From Podarcis melisellensis (Eukaryota), in the NCBI GenBank assembly GCA_964234715.1, contig OZ174287.1: DNA of 64,000 nt. One strand, given 5' to 3'. Under the pieces are notes generated by a model, which was not told the origin of the DNA, ran no database searches, and saw nothing but the letters and a program-made list of their open reading frames with translations. Of the stretch, positions 55,540-64,000 are shown piece by piece (within the stretch, counting starts at the first letter, position 1; every line of letters begins with the position of its first letter). The position numbers and the translations under genes are program-made.

Positions 55540-57184
55540 TAGGCTGCCCAAGGAAAGGAGGTGGGGAGCCACCAGCCCAAAGGTCAGATGTTGCCTCATT
55601 TGGAAACTTATTTGTTGCTCAGTCTCCCCCTGTACCCCATGCCACAATTAGACTTCAGAAAACCTGCTTACTCCAATAAGAGTGTGGTGGGAAGTTACTT
55701 TTAGAGAGCAAGAGGGAATGAAATGTGTGGAGCTGAGATGTTTTACTCAGTAGCATCTAGGTAGCATTGTTTAGATCAGCAAGAAGTTCAGGCAGTAATT
55801 TCAGTTGCATGGAAGAGGTGAACAAACAGTTACTGATCAGAACAATAAACGGATGTTACCTGAACAGGTTGCTTGTTTTAACAATATAATCCTGAGGCTA
55901 TAGAAACCTGAAAGGTACTTTGTCTCTTTCCCAATTGCTCTTCCTTGCTGATTCCAGTTGCCTTGAAATCCTACTGTCAATTATGTGCAGCTCCTCACCA
56001 ATGCTCTAGAGGGCCCCAGGGTATAATTTGGTGAAAAGATTCTATGGGCTTCTGTGCATTTTAAATAGTGCTAAAGCTCAGAAGAGGAATCAACCTCCAT
56101 AGAAAGCAACAGCTTCTCATCAGGAGCACAGTCCTGCTACATGATATCAACTTATTAGTCCAAGTCAAAAAGTGCATGCCATAGGAGCACACTTACTTTG
56201 AAATCAAACCCTGGATTAGCAAAGGTGCAGAATTATTGGTAGTGTGGTGGGCAGGCAAAGACACTTGATTATAGTGCCACAGCAGGTGGATATCCTGTGG
56301 CCCTCCAGACAGGGCTAGATGACAAGGCCCTGTATTCCCCAGCCAGAATGGGTACTGGTGAGGGCTGATGGGAGCCGTAGTCCAACAACCTCTGTGTTAC
56401 TAGGGAGGACGAAAAGACACCCCCCCAATTTAGATCTGTAACAATAATATAAAGCCACACACAGATCATCATAATCATCAGCTTGTCTGAATCCTACATT
56501 TCCATGAAAATACTCTAAATTAAAACTAAATTGGAATATGCCAGGAAAACTTTGGATAGTTTTCAGGGACCATGTTTAGAGAATGAACACAGAAAGGGAC
56601 CCTGATATTGCAGAACCCCCTACAACATCCACAGCTACTGGATAGGAGGTGCATTCCTGAGAGCCCCCATAGCGCTGCATGTCCAGATTGAAAGCTTAAG
56701 GATAAATTAGCTTAAGCATAAACCATACAAATATGGTTTAAAATTCAGCATAGGGTACTGCAAACGGAGATATCTGCTTAGAAGTTGCTGGATTCGTAGA
56801 GCACTGTGTAAGGGCATCGAGTTCCAAAGTCCTGGAAATATTTGCTAGGCTAGGGAAAAGGGGCGGGATATGGTGAATTGGAAACTGATTTGATTAGAGG
56901 GTTTATTTGATAGATGAATGTAGCTCACTAGTAATTCAGTTTGGTGTTGAGAGTTCAGGGAAGGGCATTGCTCCTAGCAAGTATTTGGCACTACAAACTG
57001 ATTCCTAAGTATTGCTGCTTTCCCAGCCAGCAAACCAGCTTGCCTCCTTCCTGCTCCTTGTAACTGCATAAAACAGTTAGCAAAAGCTATGACTCTTCCA
57101 GACGCGTCACCCTTGAGCCGTTGCCTGCCTTGCTGGCTTTATTTAGCCTTTTTAATAGGGCACGGGTATAATGATCAGCACTAG

Positions 57185-57367
<183 letters not shown>

Positions 57368-58038
57368 TAGTTAGCTGTTTGAACAAGGAGGCTGGCAGAA
57401 ACGATCTAGAGATGAGGGGGGAAAGGCTTCTAAATAGAAATCCCTAATATGCTGGAAGACTAACAGGTGTAAACATTAAGTAGCTATGCTGGCTAGGTTT
57501 TTGGGCAAAAGAGACACTTCTAGGCAAGAAGCTTTTGTCTTGCACGAGTTTTCTTGATTGATCTCAGTGTGCTCATGGAGTTTTATTCTTCCTCTCCCAT
57601 CCCGATGCTTACATACTGTGAGGGTCAAAAGTCACCATTGCAAAAGAAGACTCTAATCCAGCGATGGATATTTCTACAGTGACTGGGAATATTGTACCTA
57701 CTTTGCCAAAACTGGAAAGGCAAAGGGCAAGAAGCATGAATAAAGCTTGTGTAACACCTGGGTCTTTTTATCTTTTCACAAAAGTTAATGCAGCTTGGTA
57801 AATTAAAAATAAATAAATCTGCCTCTCCTGCAGCTCAGGATCACAATCTTTCGGGGGGGGGGCTTAGTCCCATTGAACCTCAACTTATTTCTGAGTAAAC
57901 ATACAAACAATCTTACCTAGGTTGCTTGGTTAAGGCTGGAATAAGCTTTCAGTACTTTCAGGATAGAGTATAATAGAGATGCAAAATGTTTTCACACTTA
58001 ATATATTTGCTCAAGGTTTTCACTCATACCATGAATAA

Positions 58039-58254
<216 letters not shown>

Positions 58255-58298
58255 TAACCAGCCCAGACTGATTGCTGCTGTGCTTTTTTTTGCCTTAG

Positions 58299-58404
58299 TC
58301 TGACTATGACATGGTGGATTACCTGAATGAACTGCGAGAGGGCTGTCTTGAAGCCTACACAGGAATCATCCAAGGGCTGAAAGGAGATCAAGAGAATGTG
58401 CATC
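58299..58404 (+). CDS. KPNB1: KPNB1 exon 19: [35 protein letters not shown](P)
   Basis: gccttag / gtgagt; 106 nt. Confidence 0.97.
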
Positions 58405-59155
58405 GTGAGTATTTAAAGTTGGGCGAACAATTTCAACATCTTTAATTTAACCAACTTGCACGTGGCTCTTGTGAAGTGTAATGTGGGTGAGAAGACACTC
58501 TGTCCAAATCTCTAAATTGCCTTGTTCTTATCTCAAGGGCTCTCAGAGGAGTTGTAGTATATTGTCTTAATTGCCACACCTGTGAGTAGGCTGCTGAATA
58601 TGTTTTTGTGAATGGAAAAGCTGACCAGGAGATCTGAAAGTTGGACAGAGTCAGCAAATGACCTTTGGGCTAGTTTCTCATCACCTTGTGTCTTAAAAGG
58701 GTTACGTTCCATTATTCTTACAAAGCCGTTAGTCTTAAAAATTACACAATGAAGGGCTGCAGAAGAGGCAATCCCACCCTGAGATCTGTTGCCTTGGGTC
58801 ACTCACCTGTGTCTCCTACTTGCTGTGCTCTGGGACCATTGACTGCTATGTTCTGTGGCTGCAATATAATTACACCTGTGTCAGTTTTCAAGAAGAAAGG
58901 CTACTCCATGTTGACCGAAATAGCAGCAAACTTGGATGCTCACCATGTGTGTGCTCGCTACTTAACATGGTGTGTGTGTAGTCACTTAAAAGAAATATTG
59001 TTCTTGGAGTCAGCAGTCTTGAGTGAGGTGTGTGGGGTGTGTGTGTGTGTGTGCTGGGGAGGGGAGAGTATTGTGGGTTTCATTTGAACCATAGGTTGTC
59101 TGTGGTGGATCTGGGTGCTTAAAGAAAAGTTTAAATATCAGCAAGCAGAACATAG

Positions 59156-59314
<159 letters not shown>

Positions 59315-59999
59315 TAAATGCCAACAACTTATTTGTGCTTTGGGAAGTGGGGGATTTGGAAGTACCACACTGAACCTCAGGCGCCCTTTGTGAATCACAT
59401 TTACCATAAAGGCAAAATGAGGTATTTTAAGCATGGAGCCTCCACCACCAAAATAGACTTTCACAAGCGTTGGCTTAGGTTTTACATGGTGCAGCGTTAA
59501 GGGACTTTACAGTAAGTATGGGTAGTTTGTAAGCACACATTTAAATTTGCAATTGATGTGGAATAGGATGACCAGTTCACTGAATGTGAACTCATTTTGC
59601 AAAGACAGTCTTTAGACATCAGCCGTCTGAGCCAAACTGGTGGTTGTGGTACCTTGCTAGAGTGATGTTGTCCTTCAGTGATATTCTGACTCATAGCTAT
59701 ACTTGAGTTGGCTTAACAATAGTATAAGAACATAAATAAGCAAAGACTTCTTAAAAAACAGCAACACTGAAACCCCAGCAGAAAAGCAGCAATATCTGCA
59801 GCAACAACCCTAAGTCTCCAAAAGTTGAGCTTGGCCATGCTTAAATTGTCATACTTCTACAGGGAGGTTATTTCATAGTTCTGGGTAACTGTAGCAAGGG
59901 CCTGTCCATAGCACTCCATATGTGTGCTCTCTCCCCTTTTCTCTGTGGAACAGAAAGTTATAAACTCAAAAATGGCAGGTAACTTGAGATAAAAGCTAG

Positions 60000-60230
<231 letters not shown>

Positions 60231-60450
60231 TAAAGAAGCTATTTCTGTTCCTCAAAGCAGCTTCACCTACATAGTTTTTGTTAGAGATGCAGGGACTAAT
60301 GTCGGCCTTAGGACTTTAAGCCTTCAGTAAAGATCAGTTTCTTTCATCTGGTGTTTTTCCACCACTTGCTGAAAAATTCTGTCAGCCTGGAAGCCCATCA
60401 GAATGAATTGTGGAAAATGATCAAACTTTAGTAATTCAGATGGTAATTCA

Positions 60451-60757
60451 GCCTAGGACTCGGAAGGTCAGCGGTTCGAATCCCCGTGACGGGGTGAGCT
60501 CCCGTTGCATGGTCCCAGCTCCTGCTAACCTAGCAGTTGAAAAGCACGTCAAAGTGCAAGTAGATAAATAGGTACTGCTCTGGCGAGAAGGTAAACGGCG
60601 TTTCCGTGCGCTGCTCTGGTTTCGCCAAAAGCAGCTTAGCCATGCTGGCCACATGACCTGGAAAAACTGTATGCAGACAAACATCTGTTCCCAGTAAAGC
60701 GAGATGAGCGCTGCAACCCCAGAGTCATTTGGGATTGGACGGGGTCCTTTACCTTTT
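60451..60757 (+). mobile_element. Sauria SINE, 5'-truncated, in the last KPNB1 intron
   Basis: Homology to the other copies; B box ggttcgaatccc; cctttacctttt tail. Confidence 0.88.
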
Positions 60758-61179
60758 TATGGAGTCTCTTGGTTCTGGGCATACAGTACTGTAGATTGAA
60801 TAGCTTAGTGGAAGTGGAAGTTGTGTGCTATAGTGCAGCATGTCATATGCTACACGTCCTTAGTTTAAACCTCTATATGTGTGAACTTGGGAGCTTTCAA
60901 ACTGTGTTTTGAAAACCCTAGAAGTCATTAGAAACCTATCAGGGGTTTCTCAATAAGAAGATCAATGAAATTAGAAAGTTGAAAGATAGCTTTTCTTCCA
61001 CTACTTAATTTTTTATTAAATTTATGTCCTGCCCTCCTTCCTCCTACTGATTCCCTCCCCATCCACTCCCAGTTTACATGAAGCAGTGGTGCAGACCAGC
61101 ATAATCTGAGCGCGAAGCTTACAAAACATTCCAGAATTTGAGTGGCCTTTTCCAGCTCACAATATCCCTTCTCTTACAG

Positions 61180-62600
61180 ATCTGTTACCATTGGGATGAC
61201 ACCTGAGACCCCCACTGGATAATCTCCAATCTATTGAGAAAACAAACCCAACCCGGAAGTGAGGAGTGTGCACGGATGCTGAGTGTTTGGGAATGAGAGG
61301 ATGAGTGAGTGAGAGGCTTAAAACACACCACGGTGAAAATCCAGCCACGGCAAACGGCAGCAGCGCTGTTAATGGAGCTAATCACTGACTTGCGTAGCAA
61401 CGAAACCTTGTCATCGCTTGCCTCCAGGAAGTGGAAAATGATTGGTTTCCATACTTCAATGCGGTCTCTTCTGACAAGAGACAAAGGACTAACTTCTGTG
61501 TCTTGTCGCCAGTGAAGAGGGAGATGAATTAGTCTGGAGAGAAAGAGAGAGAGAGAGAGGAAAGCTAGTTTCAGGATCAATTCCGAGTGCTCATATAATA
61601 AGGTCTGGCTTTCGTTGCTGGAAAGAGGAGGCAGTGGGAACCCCAACTCACCTTTCGGGAGGGGAGTTTTTGGCCACTTGTCAGTGCACGAGAGAGCACG
61701 AGAGAAACGGGACGGGTGAAGGATTTTCTTTCAAGAGTGAGTGTGCGTGAATGAGGCGATATCTACATTCTCAACTTTTAAGTCATTGCAGTTAATCTTT
61801 CCCAAAAAAATAAGAGAAATACTGAAGAGGTTAGCAGTTGCATTTCATAAAACTAACAAAGTTCAGTCTACTTGAAGCAGCAGAAGAGTAAGAGTTTAAG
61901 GGGGGAGGGGGGGAAGAGAAGTTGCTCCGTAATAGGGCTTCTTTAGAGAAACGCTGGTGGGATGTTCAAAGCTCCCGTCGTGACACTTTTTCACGATCTT
62001 GTTTCATTAAAAAGCGCCTTTCCTTCCTTAATTTTGTTCAACTGTGAATGTAGAAACCAAGGGGGCAGGGTGGGGGGAGGCGGGGAGGGTGTCCAGAAAA
62101 AAAAAAGCTCTCACGTATTAGTAGAGAGATTAGGATCCAATTCTCCAAATGGGATGCAAGGCTTTAAAACAAAACAACTATGCTAAAAAAAAATTGGCAA
62201 CGACAAAAACCCAAAGGGACACAGCCCCTCTCTTGGCGTGAACAAAGTAGCCCGAACCACACACAACTGTGCCAAAGAGTTAAAAAAAAAAGGAAACAAA
62301 AGTCCAAATGAGAAAAAGAAACCTTCAGGAAATATTTTGGATTGCAAAAAATGAGGATGAAATTCAAATGTTCAAACAAAGCAAAAAGATAAAAGTACGA
62401 TTTGGAAACCTCTTGGCCTATTGGTTCTCTTTATTTGATTCTGAATATGGTATTAGTCTTGCTGCACTTCAAAAAGGAAAAATTTATATAAATATATATA
62501 TACTGACTTGAGCTTACACAGGATGGCACTTGTAAAAGGTTATATTTTTCCACTGCAGTTAAAGATTAATAAAATGGTGTCAAACATTCCCCCAGTACTA
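61180..62600 (+). other. KPNB1: KPNB1 exon 22: final A of the split TGA stop, then 3'UTR (end approximate)
   Basis: ctcttacag acceptor followed by A-TCTGTTACCATTGGGATGA, which as I recall resembles the start of the mammalian KPNB1 3'UTR; AATAAA at 62568-62573. Confidence 0.85.
62568..62573 (+). terminator. Candidate KPNB1 poly(A) signal
   Basis: AATAAA followed about 30 nt later by a T-rich tract (62602-62610). Confidence 0.65.
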
Positions 62601-63378
62601 CTTTTTTTTTCTATTGGTCTTTCCAGTAAACAGGAGATCCATGTTACTTCATTATTTTTTTTTACAAAAGAGAGCAGTTCAGATATGGGCAGCTATGTTC
62701 TAGGTGTACCAGTTTAAATTCTATAGTTCTATAACATTTAAAACAATTTCTTAAAAGGAAGGGGGAGAGGCAGCTGTTCTATAGCTGTTTAGGATTCCTA
62801 GACAAAGGTTGAAGGGGGGATAAGACACACCTGCTTCTAACTATGCAGCTATTGATGCTTAGGGGCTTTTAAAAGATGGGTGCTTTTTAAGCTTGCCTTG
62901 TCAGGAAATCTAATGCCTTGCAAGAAGCATTTCTTTTTTACAAAACAAAAAAATACCCTTCCTCATCCACTCCCATCCCTTCTCCGGCTCCACACTTCCC
63001 CAGGCTCGTCCTGGGATCCTCTTCAGTTGCCCATCCTCAATGGAAAGCAAGCATGCCAGTTTCTTGTACAGGGTATCTGACGCGTGCCTTCCAGTGCCAG
63101 GTTCAGAATTGCAGCCCCCACTGCTGACTTCTCGAACCAGTGTACAAAAAGAGACCAGGTGATGACTAAGCAGGAAGCTCCAGCGTGAGTCTGAAAGATG
63201 GGCTTTTGACAAACCTGGGTCCACCTTATCTTAATGCCTTTTTTCCTTTGGGAGACACCCACGAAACGAAAGCCATTCCTGAATTTGGGGAGATGGGTGT
63301 GTGAAGGGGAGATCTGATCATTCCTCAGTGCTACTGAACTCTGTCCAGTGTTGGCTGTTCAGCTGTAGGCTGCAGGTA

Positions 63379-63384
63379 AATAAA
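63379..63384 (+). terminator. Candidate distal KPNB1 poly(A) signal
   Basis: AATAAA followed by a GT/T-rich downstream element (gtgtgtcttactttttttct, about 63417-63436). Confidence 0.55.
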
Positions 63385-64000
63385 GTACACTGAGTTAGTA
63401 GTGGAAACCAAAAAAAGTGTGTCTTACTTTTTTTCTCTGTCTTCAGTGTTTCCCTGCCCTTCAGTGTTTAAAACGGCAGAGGCTGGAGCTACAACCAGGC
63501 TCTGTTTTAAAGAAAACCTTTCTTCTGAGCTAGGCTTGGGGGTGGGGAGGAAGAATCCCATACATGCTAGAAACCGATAATTTCTATTTCCATTCTTTAC
63601 TCTTCTGCATATTCTGTGCAAGCTACTTAAAGCATGCTTGCCCCTTTGATTCCTCCTCACTTTGGGGGAAAGACTATAAAATATTTGGAGGCTTATGCGT
63701 GCCTTATTATTAATGGAATGCATCTGAGAGGCTGCGGATTTCAGCTGCTCACCAGCTCTGCCTTAAGTAAAATAGAAATTACTGTGTGACTTTGGGTGTG
63801 GAGAAGAGGAAATGCTGCGTAGCTGGAAATGCAGTCAGCGATACAAAGAGGCATGTTCGTCAAAGTGTTGTTTCCTGACTGCACAGCCAGCCTGGAGGCA
63901 ACCGCTTCCTATAGATGCAGCTATTTTAGGGGAAATGTGTGTGTGGTTCTGGTTCATATTGGAACAGGCCTTCCTGCCTCACGACTTTCCGAGCTGAACA

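Noticed and set aside
59560-59700. Scattered GATGA/CTGA motifs in KPNB1 intron 20
   Set aside because: No canonical C box with a closing stem, and no identifiable antisense element.

Overview
Vertebrate genomic DNA, most likely from a lacertid lizard, judged from Sauria SINEs, a Squam3-like SINE and Bov-B, Penelope, L1, L2 and CR1 fragments. Two + strand genes lie in the same order as in mammals. (1) The 3' half of NPEPPS (puromycin-sensitive aminopeptidase): 11 exons from 1500 to 20753, plus 3'UTR. (2) The complete KPNB1 (importin beta-1): 22 exons from 29672 to 61180, which I spliced to 2631 nt (876 aa + stop), with a CpG-island promoter and a TG|A stop codon split by the last intron. Most ORFs in the supplied track are spurious intronic ORFs. 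The main non-obvious signals are inside KPNB1 introns. Two paralogous box C/D snoRNAs (introns 5 and 8) share a D' guide complementary to 18S rRNA at the Gm1328-equivalent site. A young Penelope-like fold-back insertion (intron 6) carries a complete sense-strand minimal hammerhead ribozyme inside a perfect 84-bp hairpin. There is also an intron-2 promoter-like module and a recent L1 insertion with a TSD. Comparisons with human or other reference sequences are from memory and need database confirmation.
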